DNA from: Paraspadella gotoi
Lineage: Eukaryota > Animalia > Chaetognatha
DNA: 64,000 bases
Direction of reading: 5' to 3'
NCBI GenBank assembly: GCA_051294375.1
Contig: CM119267.1
Location: 8,461,814-8,525,813 of the forward strand
A model generated the notes under the pieces. That model was given only the letters and a program-made list of their open reading frames with translations, ran no database searches and had not been told where the DNA came from. Shown here piece by piece: positions 1 to 13,058 of the stretch. A program made the position numbers and the translations under genes. How positions within the stretch are numbered: the first letter of the stretch is position 1; every line of letters begins with the position of its first letter.

Positions 1-434
1 CGACAAGAATAACAATCTTTTCCGAACGTCCCGGGAGAAAAAGAACTAAACTTTGTACCGCTCTCAAACTCTTTAAACATTGTAATATTTTTTTAATCGT
101 TCGTTAAAACAAATATCTCTCGTCCAAAAACGGAAACCACAAGAAAACAACATCAATCTAAATCCCAATAATTTAGATTCATGACTAAGAAGTTTGACTT
201 GTATTTCCACTAAGAGTTAGATAATATTGCCATTTAGTTAATTTCATTATTGCACCGAGCTAATTTTAAATAAGAATGATAATTTAAATAATTCAGATAA
301 ATAATTTAGATAATTTAAATAAGTATGATTCAGGTACTTTGCTCATTTTGTTCATTTTCCTATTCCATTTGTCTTTTGAACAAAAGTGACGATACCATCT
401 TCATAACCTTTTCTTTTTTTATTTTCTCCTTCAG

Positions 435-1099
435 CGCTCCTGTGCATATACTTTTATTGTATAGGGCCATGCTCGACCTACCTGCCTTGCATGAGCGAGG
501 CGTCTCCGATCTCGCCTCCTCCCGCCGTCGCCCGCGAAGAAGCGACGCCGCTGAACAACGCCCAGCCGCCGCCGGCGCCGAAGACGAATCCTCATCCGAA
601 CGGCGCCCCCGACGCGCTGCCGGCCCCGCCCTCTTACGAGCAGAGTCAAAAGGAGCATAACAAGATGATGGTCGAGCGACTCACCTTCGACAACGACTTG
701 AGCGTGGCGTCGTCTTCGATGCTTCGCGGACACTCATCCGTCGACGCTAGGTTCGCGGCGCCGACTGCCGTGACCGTGCCGAGAAACTTGACGCCGTACG
801 TCGTCTCACGATGGGCGCCGCCGCCATCGGTGACGCCGGAGACGCTCCCTGAGTTTGTCTTCGAGCCTAACGGTGCTCGAGGCTTCGGCGTCGTGGGTCC
901 GCCCATGGTGGGCGGCGTGATCGACCCCCGAATCCTCAGTTCTCGCGGCGTCAATCCCGGCGTCGAACAAGTCCCGTCGACCTCTATTCAGGTGAACTCA
1001 ACGCTGGCGCCGATATCGCAAGAAGCGCCGCCGCCGCCGTATTTATCGGCAGTGCCAGCAATTCCATCCGCTCCTTCTTCTTGTTATTCCGAAGTGTGA
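435..1099 (+). CDS. Terminal exon of a probable single-pass membrane protein with a Pro-rich PPxY-bearing cytoplasmic tail (WBP1/VOPP1/Shisa-like architecture); 5' part not identified, probably upstream of the window
   Basis: Acceptor ttctccttcag ends at 434. In frame it reads LLCIYFYCIGPCSTYLPC-MSEASP..., a hydrophobic/Cys-rich TM end, followed by PAPPSYEQ and APPPPYLS motifs; stop at 1097-1099. Confidence 0.6.
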
Positions 1100-2443
1100 A
1101 GCCGCTCGAGCGAAAACTATTTATATTTGATTGAACTTGAACAAATTTAACAATGCTTGATATTTTTGCCGTCTTCTTGAAACTGTTTCAATTCCAAAGA
1201 TCGAATGTGAACAAGGGTAATCCTCAGGGACTGGCACTACTATAATCGCACTAGCACCTTTAATTATTTATTGAAGTGGAATTCTTAAAACAGAAAGAAA
1301 AAACTATTTCTTAAATGTCAGTAAAAAAAAAAACATTTTGTAATTGAAAAGTTAGTTCACTTTTGGTTAACGTTATTATTTCAATAAAAAATTAAATTGC
1401 AGTTTGCATTTTTTCTAAGATGAAACAAATTTGCTTTACTTTTCTCCAGTGTCAGTCGCTCAGGACGTCCGTGTAATTTGAACTTACAAAGACGAATCTT
1501 CGCCACTATTTCTCTCTCTCGAGTGATTGTCGTTACTTTTGATGTGATATATTTTTTATTAGTAATACTATTTTTATATATTTGAATTGTTAATTCGCAT
1601 TTCTTCATCCGCTTCGCAAGATTACCGATTTTTTTAATTAATTAATAAAATCCTCCGTTTTTTGCACAGACTTAGATTGTCAGAGAAAGAATGAATGACG
1701 AACGACCGAGACATATGTAGTAAATTGCTAATTCTTAATAAAGGAAAAAAAAACATATTTTTTACGCTACTGACAAATTAAAATATTTGATCGAGTTAAA
1801 AAAAGCTGCTGATGTCTCGGTCATAGGATTGCATGAGAATCAAACACCATGTATTTCATCCTTGGTTATAGCAAGTCTACAGCGTGGAAAGCGATTGGGG
1901 GTTTCCCTCTCTTTCCCGCGAGACCACAAGAATTGCCTGACAATCATGGCTGTACACAAATTTCTGTAATAAACTAGTATTTTTTTTTTGCTGCCTGCTT
2001 ATTCGTAATGATTTCGGAGTCGTTATCTTATTCCATCTTTTTTTTTTANNNNNNNNNNTCTGATTTTTTTTTCAATTGATTGTACTGTGTTTTAAAATGA
2101 ACAGTAACCAAAACGAACAAAGCGCTATATGCTGCAATTTTATCGGAAATAGCTATAAAATCATTGCGGACCGTTTTTCTGATTCCATTTATCCGATTTG
2201 CTATTAACTCGTATATTTTTTTACTAATAATAAATGTCCATTTTAAATATTATGGTTCGGAATATATTTATTTCATTTGATTACAACAATTTTAAATATT
2301 TTTTTCAAAACATATACATTGTTATAGATGTTACGAGATATAATAATAAAAAAAAGCTAAATAGGAAATTCAACGCTCACACGACCGATGTAAAATTCTA
2401 TGAGGATTTTTAACATTGAACCCCATCGAGATTGGTTCTAAAT

Positions 2444-5400
2444 CTATAGCGCAGCTGTCTCTGGAATCGTTGCCGGAACCTTGTTTTTTAAAATCGTTCC
2501 TATTTTCTTCTTGGGCCTGCAAGTCTGAATCCTCAGATTCGGCGTCTCTTGTTTGATTCTTTCCAAATCTATGGGAAATTGTGGAATGGGTTTACGCGAA
2601 ACCTCCGGTAGATGCCACACCAAAACGGCGGCAATGACCTGTCGGATGGGGTTATTAAACAAAATAGCACGAAAGGCGGCAAACTTCGATCCTCTCGGCG
2701 AAACTTGGACAAACCGTGACAAAAAGGAAGACAATCTCAGCCAGCATCGGATGATGGTGAATCAGCAGTGAAACGAAGGAAGCGCAGAAGCCGGCCGACC
2801 CTTTGATGATATCAAAAATGGCGGAACATTTCGCCTGGAAAGAAAAGGGTGATGGAAAGAATAGGGCTGACGTTAAAAAATAGATGTAAAGTTAACTACA
2901 AATGTTGAGAAATACGTGATTTTCAATTGATTCTTCTAGTAATTGAAATATATATATTGAGATATTTAACCGCCCCGTCATTCTCTTTGCCAGGAGAGTT
3001 CCGACCAGGGCTAGAATGTGTGACCATTGGGTTTGTATATGAAGTATCAGCCCAGTGCGCTATTACGGCGGTGATGGAAGGAACAGTCGTATCCAATGAG
3101 TAATGATATTACATCACTACAAGTCGATAAAATCGCGAGAGGAAAGGAAAAAGGCAAATCGGAAATCTGAAGTTCTCGGGAAATACAATAAATTCAGTGG
3201 ATATACAATTATACATGTAAAATGGGAATTTTTTTCTCCTCTATAAACCAATTAAAATCTATAGTCTTATGTTTCAATGAGGAAACTAATTTTTTCTTGA
3301 AGTCGCACTTGGTACACGGGACATTACAAATACAAAATAATGTTTTTCAAACGTTTATTATGAGTATAATTTTTTGTATCTTTCTTCTCCTGTACTAGAA
3401 TCATATAATTCTTTTATTTTTCTTCATTTTTAAAAACTTTGTAATTGTCATTGTAATTTTATTTGCTTTTCTAGTTACCGCAAGTTAAGTTTGTTGACAT
3501 TTTTAAAAAAATTAAATGTAAAGTATAATTATAATTATATTTATTATTTAGTATAAAGCAGAACAACCGAACCAAAAACTGGCCATAAGGATTTGCAAGT
3601 GGCGAAACAGAATTATATTTAGATATTATCTTTCAGATAAAATTACAAACTCTCTATTTTTAAAGGAAAATACATGAGCTCTCTTATTACAATTTCGTCC
3701 TTAGTATAGTAGACTTAAACGTATTTGTCATCGGAATCAAATATGGAGAAAAATTACATTGTTCTCGGTATTAGAACCTATTTCTTAATAGAAATAATGG
3801 TAATGTCTATTTTTTATCCCCAATTTTTGATGGCGAAAAATGATAAAGCGTGTATATCTGGAATGTCGAATCGGTAAGAATTTTCGAAAATTAGATTCAA
3901 AGATGACTTAACTTCGCTTCAAGCGATTTCCGAGTTAAGTGTGTCGTTTGTATTTTTCGATTAATATACTTGTAACTCCATTATTTCCATTTTCACCTCA
4001 TCACATACGTATTTGACTATTTCTCGTGGCGAAATAAATACACGCAATTCAAAATTAATTTTTTCAGATAAAATTACGTACAAAATTGATATCTTTAAGG
4101 CACGGGATAAACACACCGAATCTTCTTATTACAATGTAGAGTTTGGTAATCCGACATTTGAAGCCACAATGAAGGGAAATCATCTCCTTAGGATTACAAC
4201 TCATTTAATTACGATAATATTGGTAATGACCACTTTTTCTTCGTTATTTGTGACTTTACAAAACATCAATGTTTCACCATCGTTGATCATGAAAAAGTTA
4301 TCGTCGATCAACGGAGAAAATTTGATTTTCACGAGAAGAGAAAGTCATCGTGACGGTAAAACGCTTTTAGAATCGATTGTAAATTTATTTATTTGTTGTA
4401 AATTCAAATATAATTCGCAGACGAAAAACGGAACGCGAAGGTCAGTTTTTGGGGTCGCGCACGCTGGTCCCCGTCGGAGGCAACTAATGTTGACTGGGCC
4501 GAACCTGCCACCTACTGCGACCTCCAAAAGGCCTGCGACCATTCTAACATCAAACAGTTCAAGATGATGAACGTCAGTTTGATTTCTTTCCTCTGCTTTC
4601 CCGCTTTCGTCGAATTTCGCTCGTTCAGATTTCAACTGGGCGAGAGGCCAAACGCTCCCACGAGGTTCGAGGCCTTCGTGACCGACAGAATCGTCGGAAA
4701 CTTTCGTCGGTCTTGGGTGAAGGTTTTGTCGGTCGATGGAATCGAGATTAAATCCCAGATGGAAAGATTCGTGATTCCTCGTAACGTGACGCGGCCGGTT
4801 CGATGCTTTGCGCTCCTTTGCTTCCGATCAAAGGATAATACTCATAGGTGCAATTTTAGAGACTTTAAATATAGAGCGATTGTTTGCAACGATTGCTAAA
4901 AATTATGATATCGAGTGATCGAGTGGCCAAATGGTAAACATCTTTTAAAAAAGCAATTTTAAAATTTTTTTTGTTGTACAATGTAAACAAAAATAACAAA
5001 AATAATTATTTTTTTTCAGAATTTCCGTAAATTACTTACGTTCTTTAACCAATTTTTCTCTTTTGCTTTCACGCTTGTTCCATATACACATTTTTTACAA
5101 AGACAATAAATAAACATAATTTTTTTTTTGTTTTTGCTTTTTTGCGTCTCTTAGGACGTCTTCTTGTAGTCTCTCATTATGTTTTAAATAAAAAATAAAA
5201 CTTGATGCTTATTACTATTTTATTTTTGATAATAAATTATAAATTGCAATTAAAACATTAAATCCGTAATTTTTAGTTTTTTTTGCACCTCATACTAAAC
5301 AAGTCTACTTCAACATTTATGAAATGAATACCTTAATTATTGTGGGCGGCAGCTCGAAAGAGCAGAGATCGACCAGAGAAAAAGCTGAAATGATCCCAAA

Positions 5401-8400
5401 TTTGGCGACGAGGTTCAAAACCAAAGTCCCAGTGCGGGGAGGGTTGCCTGTTGGTGACAACAACACAAACATTTAGATTTTTTACCAGTAAGGCTGACAT
5501 GTTGTCATAAATCCCAAGCACCGACAGATGCGAGCATTGGTCCTACCTTCGTATATGGCTCTGACAATTATGGCGATAAACATCGCTACCATGACGATGG
5601 AAAAGGAGACGGACATGGCGAGACGTCGTCCAGAGTAATTGGCCACTATGGAACATATCACTATGGCAGGAATGTCCAAAATACTGGGGGGAAAAAATTA
5701 ATAAAGTTCATAATTAAAATAAATAAATAATTGAAATCAAAAGTTTCAAATCAGTTAATTAATCAATTAATCTATAAAATCAATCACTTCATCAAATAAT
5801 CTATCAAGTCCCTAATTATATCAGAGATCAACCAAGCAATAAAGGCAGTTGAACAATAAATTCAGACAGTAAAGCTATCCATCCGGACAAGCATTCGTTA
5901 CGAATGAATTGATTGCTTGCAAACAATCAAAAAAAATTCGACAACAAAAATCAATTAATCAATTGATCAGACTTAAAACGCTTAGAATAAAAAATTGGTT
6001 ACCTGAATATCAAGTAATTAATAAATCTGTTTCCGTAGAATTCGTTCGTCGACATTTGGAGTCCGTAGTAAACGAAAAAGCAGACCGCCCACATGTAAGC
6101 TACAATCGCGACGGCCTGCAGCACGAATAGGAAAGAGAAATGTGGAAAACCGAAAATATACTTGCGAGTTAAAATAGTTAAAAGAAGCGAGTTAAAAGAT
6201 TCGTTTTTGTTAACTACTAAAAACGATTTTTCCTGGCAAAAATGACAACGAGTTCTCGAAGTGACGGACCTGCACGACCGTTTTCGTCCACAACTTGCGC
6301 AATTCTTGATTCGGATCGTAGAGGTTGGTCGCAGGCGGGTGGATGAACATCTGGACAAATAAAGTTGGAAAAAAAAAGAATTAGATAAAACGAACAAAGA
6401 AAACAAAAAGAATTAGACAAAACGAACAAAGAAAACAAAAAGGAGTAGACAAAACGAACCAAGAAAACAAAAGGGAAACGTAAAAACCACTCGCCTGAAT
6501 TCTGTGCTGATACTGATCGTAACTTGAGAAGGAGACGATAGAGGCGGCGGCGGAAGCCGTACCCGCGTAACCCTCGACGCCGGAATAACCGGAAATGCCG
6601 GAGAGGCCGGAAACGGCGCCGGGATTGGAGATGGAATCCCAGTTGGAGGAGGAGTAGGACACGATGCTTAACTGAAGGGACGAGCAATAGCAGAGTGTAT
6701 TGAATACTAGACCGAATAAGAAATATAATAAATTTATATGATAGTGCGACGCGGAATTATCTTTCTAAAATATTAAATTTTAATTGATTGCTCGATAAAA
6801 AAAAAGATGCTAAACATCCTTTCTTAAGTGGATTAAAATTATTAAAATATCCTAAATCTTAAAGAATTAGCTTTATCTAGTAGGGTCACGGTTTAAAATG
6901 GTTCACCTGGTCGTTGTTGATGTGCTTCTGCGTCGTCCGCAGCGTGAACGGCGGCAAAATGTCGTCATGAATGGCGACGCCGTGGTGATTTGAAAACGAG
7001 GCCGGCATCGAGAGGACGGAGCTGGGGCCGTTGATTCGGCGCGGCGCCGGCATTTGTAGCACGGAAGTGACGGAAGGCGCCGGCGCCGGCGGACGCGAGA
7101 CGGCGCCGTAATGACAGGACAACGGCGTCGATTTAATGATCTTAGGATCTGAAGCTAAAAGTAGAAACCAAAGCAAGTTTCTATTTTTTTTAAAATCCAC
7201 CAACCGTTCATCAGCGGCCATTAATGCCGGAGGCAAGTCATTCGCCTCCCAACCCCAAGGTCCGGGGTTCTCGCCCGGTGGCCGCCTAGCAGTTAAGAGG
7301 GACGGGGCGCTTAACCCGCCTGTATCTCGGTGTTACAGCCTGATCCGAAGCTCAGGGATTGCTTATATTGAACGGTTCTGTCACTAACACATAACAATTA
7401 TTACTGTCTCTTCAATATTTTACTTTAGTTACAAGGCTTTTTTATGTTGAGTTGTTCAAGCGCAATATTTACAACTAAAAAAGCCATATACTCGTAAATC
7501 TGTGAGATGTCTTTTCAACAATTACTTAACTTTTTTAACTTTTACCTCTTGAGCCAAGATCGAGTGGTTTGCATCTAATTCTTCTCCCGATCGTTTTTCT
7601 CAGCTTAATTTCCTTCGGGCGAACGTAGTTGAAGTTCGTCGTCGTTTTCGCCCTCGTCGCTTCGTCCCGATTAATTTCCTCTTCCTTTTTGCAAATTGTC
7701 ACTTCGTTTCGTTCTTCCTCGTTTTTTATTTGTTGTCCCTTGTCGTTTTGTTTTTTCTGTTTCTTTTCTAGGGATTCGTCCTCCTTTGTTTCTATTTCCT
7801 CTCCAAAATCATCTGCTTCTCTGCTAATGAGATCATCCTCTCTCAACTTTTCCTTTTCCTTATATTCTTCACTATTTTTTACTTTCTGCTCGAATTCATC
7901 GGGCATTTTTTCACGTTGTAGGCCATTTTTGGCATTTCCTTTCTCACCTCCGCCATCTTCCTCTATTTCCTTCAGCCTCTGATCTTCTTTTCTCAGCTCC
8001 TCATTCTCGCCTCCAGCCCCATCTTCCGCGCCCTCTTCGCCGTCATCGCGACGATCCTCTCTCAGCCTCCGATCCTCTTCCCATCTTTGATCCTCTCCCG
8101 ATTTCCCATCCTCTTCCTGACTCCGATCCTCTTCCCACTCTTTGTCCTCGTTCATCTTCTCATCTTTTTCCCAACTTCGATCATTTTCTCGCCTTCGATC
8201 CTCTTCCTCTTCGATCTCAACGGACGCGATGGAATCTTCGCTGACGCTGGTTTTCACGAGTCGACCGCAGCTCAGCTTGGATCGGATCGAAGTGATCGAG
8301 TTGATGCCCGGCGCAGCCTCCGTATTACCGAGCCGCGACTTTACGAGCAGTTCCTTAAAAACCCGCAATCGGACCGTTTCACTTTTAGAAATATGTAAAA

Positions 8401-10247
8401 AAAATATGTACTCATTACTTTTTTTTAATTTTCGTGAGCCGACTTGAGTAAATTATATTTATTATTATATTATAAATTATTATTATTGCAATTATACCTG
8501 GAAAAGCTCCTTGACGTCGATGTCAACCTTATCGCCGCGACTCTTGACGGCGGAATCGAGGATCCTGACGAGATCCTCGAACTTGTCTTTCGCCATCAGC
8601 CATTTCAGCGATTCTGGAAATTAGACGATAAAAAGAAAAAAAAACTGTTACGGTCTCGATGTGCAGTCATTATTGTAGACACTAAGCAGTAAAACGTTAT
8701 AAACAGACAGTTAATTAAGCCTAATTTTTTGACTAGAAACTGCTGTCACATCACTTAAAGATTCTCTATTTTTCATAGTATCGTGATACTACGCAGTTGC
8801 GTAAAAATACTTATATTACCTGGGCAAACGTAGACAAAAGGGAAAGTAAAGATGAAAGGAAGAGCGACCACCTGGTGAAGAGAGCGCCAATCTAAAAACA
8901 AAAAACAAAGGCAATTTGGTTTAACGAGTATTCCAGTCTCTCAACATTTTTCTTTTCTCCACCTCTAATGAAATAAGCGAAGAGAGTGAGCAGAGCGAAT
9001 CCCAACGCGTTGGCGGATCCTTGAAGGACGTAGGGGAAAGTCCGATGTTTCGCCGAAAACAGTTCGCACATGTAAGCGGAGGCCGGAGAGGAGATTCCCG
9101 AAGACAGTACCTGGACGGATGAAGAATGAATGACATAAACATTCAAAGCAGAAAAGCGATGAATATCGATTTGCCTAAACGAGAGATAGGACATGGTAAC
9201 CAGATCGAGCTGTTATTAGCATGGTTCGTTCGGTTAAACTAGCCTAACAGCCCAGCCAAACCATCGGGCCCATCCAAATTTCATTTATTCAATCCAATGG
9301 TACCCCGTGCAGGAATCTGAAGCCAAGATAGACTTTGATGTTGGAACTCCACGTGATGGCGATAGAGGAGACCGCGGTCGCCCACAGCGAGAACAACATC
9401 ACTGGCTTTCGGCCGAACTCATCGGCTCTCGCTGCTAGCAAGACGCCACCGCAGGCGAACCCCAGCATGAACACCATGTTCACCAAGTTGATGTAGAACT
9501 TTCTGTTGAGAGAGAGAGAAGATTTTTTTTAGAGGGCGTGGCACTATTATCGTTCACCGATCCTTGCTTTTTTTCCCCATTTAATTCCTTCCCTTCCATT
9601 CCCTCTTTCCTGACCCCTTTCCCCCCCCTTCAACATCCCTCTCGCAAACGAGGCCCCAATCGGCGACGATCGTCTTTCCTCCTTCTGCCGCAAAATCAAA
9701 TCTTTTCGCGTCGCAATTTTCGCGCGGACAGGCGGCGCTGTATTCGTCGAAGGGCAGCGCAGCGGCGGCGTCGTCGGCCGCTGCGTCGAAGGCGGCGTCC
9801 GTTGTGGCGGTGACATTTATGAGAGGAGTAAAGTTGTAAAAATCGTCCTGGAATTTTAAAGATATTAAATAACACAGACAAAAGGCGGCGGCATTTGATA
9901 ATTAATACGACTGAGCTCAACATAAATAGTTTTTGTTATTATGATTATTCTCTCCTAAAGACGATTTTTGATTGATCTTGAAATTTTTTCTTTGCAAAAA
10001 CTCCTCAAATTTAAAAGTACATTTACTACTATTATTTAAAATATTTAGTTAAAGTAATAAATTAATATTATTCCGCAACCTTGCAGCGAAAATCTGGGAC
10101 CCAAGCGGCGAAGGTTGTCGTCCCCAAGTTGGTCTTCGTGATGGCGACTGCGTAGAGAAGAAGGAAGTAGACGGCCATCGGGTAGACGCCGCAGACGCCA
10201 ATTCGCGTCAGGACGTCGTCCAGCGCCACGCTGAAGACGCTCGGCAT
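2444..10247 (-). CDS. SLC22-family (organic cation/anion transporter, MFS) gene, ~15 exons
   Basis: ATG at 10247 gives MPSVFSVALDDVLTRIGVCGVY...PDFRCK. Later exons: TIVADWGLVCER (~9650), ADEFGRKPV and FRFLHG (9300-9500), YMCELFSAKHRT (~9050), DWRSL and ESLKWL (8500-8890), WAVCFFVYYGL (~6080), NYSGRRLA (~5630), AKFGIISAF...ELPPT (5335-5450), LPEVSRKPIP (~2600); stop at 2444. Confidence 0.88.
4289..4751 (+). CDS. Small 3-exon gene (113 aa, unknown function) nested antisense in an intron of the SLC22 gene
   Basis: Exons 4289-4355, 4421-4572 and 4629-4751. Two GT-AG introns (65 and 56 nt) with compatible phases 1 and 0 join ATG to TAA without internal stops: MKKLSSINGENL...FWGRARWSPSEATNVDWAEPATYCDLQKACDHS...GRWNRD. 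Confidence 0.55.
6380..6470. repeat. Intronic ~29-bp tandem repeat, about 3 copies
   Basis: Unit approximately aaaacgaacaaagaaaacaaaaagaattagac, repeated with small changes. Confidence 0.75.
7225..7392 (+). mobile_element. Possible tRNA-derived SINE remnant in an intron
   Basis: GC-rich island in an AT-rich intron; ttcgcctcccaaccccaaggtccggggttctcgcccgg resembles a tRNA anticodon/T-arm head with a degenerate B box. Confidence 0.4.
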
Positions 10248-10354
10248 GGCGAGAAGTTACGTGGCGCTAGGGGTGATGATAGTAGTGCAAAAAAAAAGTA
10301 GTATTTAACCTTTTCAACCAACAATTTTTCTTCTTTTTCTCTCTGTCTCTCTCT

Positions 10355-10391
<37 letters not shown>

Positions 10392-10411
10392 NNNNNNNNN
10401 NNNNNNNNNNN

Positions 10412-10446
<35 letters not shown>

Positions 10447-11567
10447 CTATATTATATTTTATATATACAATAGTCAAGAAAGAAAAATTGCCACGCTTCA
10501 ACTACGAACGCCAAGCTTCGAAGAGCAAAAAACACAAAATAATTACGGAAGCAGAAATTTGTGACTTTTTAATTCCACCTGAAACTTCACCAAAAAAAAA
10601 AACAAAAACAAAATGTATTACGAAGTTAACTGCGCAATAGAACATTTCTTCTTAGACGCCAAGATGGAATCGGCTTTTTAAATCTCGGAAATGGCATACA
10701 AGACGCTCGGTCTCCTTTTTATCTCTCTCTCTATCTTCATGCATAAGAGCAAAGCTTCTTCGGCCAGTGAGAGAGGCTTACAGGGATGAAAGAGCTTTTG
10801 ATTCGATGAACTGCGTTTCTCTTTAGCTTTGTTAACCAGTATCCTTTCAGTCTAAAAAATATAGGAATTTCAGTTAAAAGCCAAAATAAAGAGATAAAAC
10901 GTCAATTTGTTTTTCTATGGTTTGAAGTGATACCGAAAAAGTGGAAGAGACAAAGTAAAAACGTTAGATTTAAGTTATTGAAAGAAAGTCGATGTAATAG
11001 AAATTTTAAACTTTGTCAGGAAAATTACGTGGGCTGTACTCCTTCGATTTTCTGTCAGAAGTTATAAAAAAAAGGTAAACTCATACCCCCTCTCTCCTAA
11101 TTTAATAAAGATTTTCTTTCGAAGGCCACATTCTTTCGATCGATTTGTCGTGATTCACCAACTTCCGCCAAAATGCTTCATCATCGTCATCAGCAGCAGC
11201 AGCAGGAGCAGCGGTAGTCGAAGCAGCAGCTTTCCCGCGTCCTATTAAAACTGAATCCGATCCCCGTTTTATTTAGACTTTTTTCGATTCTAAATAAAGA
11301 ATTATGAAGAAAAAAAAATCCGTTAGAAACTAAACGAAAAGCGATGCGGGTTTTTGAAGTTCGCGGTCTCACAGTTACACTTTATTTCGGAATTCGATCG
11401 AGATATTCAATTTTAAACGACCAATCGACCATATTTGGAGGAAAAACGTTATTTGGCTGAATGCCGGGGCTTGGGTATTGTGATTTTAACCATCGAAAAA
11501 TCCTTTTTTTACTCACAAAAGGACACGAAGCGGCATTCTGCAGCCAAAAGAAGCTTCAATCGTCAAA

Positions 11568-12774
11568 TGGCGTCAGTCGGGAAGCGAGTGGCGATTCGTC
11601 GACGACGCCTCGACCCTTTCGACTTTCGTCTCTTCGTCACCGAAGACGAGTTGCGTCTCCTGCGTCATTTTCGTGACGCGGAGGCCAACGCGATATTCCA
11701 TCGTCGTGGGTCCTCGCCGGATCTCGAGGATGGTGCGGACCGAGGGTCGACCGGAAGCCGGCGCGGAAAGGAGAGGGCGAACGAGATTAAAATGTCTGAT
11801 GGCGAAGAGTCGTTGACTTCGTTGTTATCGTCGTCGTCGTTGTCGTCGATTTCGACTGCTTCTCCTCAGTTGATCCAGTCTGAGTCTATCTCGATTTCCG
11901 GTACTAAACATATCCTTAAAAATAATAAACTTATAATTTACGAGGCGACTCGTAAGGTTTATTTCATTTATTTATTAGAAAACTAAAAATGCGAATTTGA
12001 TTTTGTTTATAAATAATAAAATGTTTTTCAACTTAACTTTAAACTTCTCTTTTAGACGGAATCGATTCTTACGTGAACGACGCCGATGACTCTGGTTTCG
12101 TATCTGATGTCACAAACGTCGATGAAGAACCGATAGGCGGCGATGACAAGAGACGACGAGAGATGGCGTCGTCGTCGTCCTTTCTAAAAGACCCAGCGCC
12201 GTCGACTTCGACTCCGAAATTCTCCCGCTCTCGGAAACGACCGACGAGCGACTCCAAGACAGCGCCCTTCGCATTTGGAACGTCTCGTCCAGCAATGAAA
12301 AGTCGAACAACTTCGCAACTCGCGACCTTCAAATCCGCGTCGCCCTTGACGTCTCTCGTTTCCTCTTCTCTTCTTCAGAAGCCACAGCGCGTTTGTCGTC
12401 TGGAGTCCAAGCGTGACTCGCTTTGCCCTTCGTCCCCACGAAAAGAGTCGCGGACAACGAACCCGACGATTCCGCCCGACGGATCACGTGACGTGACTTT
12501 CGATTCACACGACCAATCTCTTCACCGAATCACGTTCGAGTCGGCGATCAAACCGAGTGGAAATTTAACTTTTCGACTTCCGACGCAATCGACTCAATTT
12601 CTGTTTTCATCTATTGACCAATCGGCTTCTTCGACCTGTGACCAATCAGCTTTCCATAAGTGTACTCCGTCATCCAAATTGCTGCTGTCGATCGAAGCCT
12701 CCTTGTTTTTCTGTTTTTTATTGTTTTTTGCCGTTCAGACTGCCTTTTTATTGATGAGCTATCTTTGGCTGTGA
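11568..12774 (+). CDS. Two-exon Ser-rich, largely disordered protein with a C-terminal transmembrane helix (tail-anchored-like), unknown family
   Basis: MASVGKRVAIRRRRL... to a GT donor at ~11901; acceptor tttctcttttag at ~12055, phase-1 compatible; ends LLLSIEASLFFCFLLFFAVQTAFLLMSYLWL*. Confidence 0.6.
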
Positions 12775-13058
12775 CTTCGGCTGTGATTGTTCACTTTCGC
12801 TCTTCTATGGTAGCGAAAAATAATATTAGATTTATATTTTTTATAAATTCGTATTTTTAATGTTTACCGTCAAATTCTAAATATACGTTAATTCCATCTT
12901 AAAACAATGTTTCTAACTTTCAGTACTGTTTAAATTGTATTGTATTGTACTGTATCAATTGTATTATGCCTACTTCAATAAATATAATCTACGGGCAGTT
13001 GCAAAGATGAAATATTTTGAAAGGAAAGCCTATTTTACTCGTTTAAATTCATATTTGT

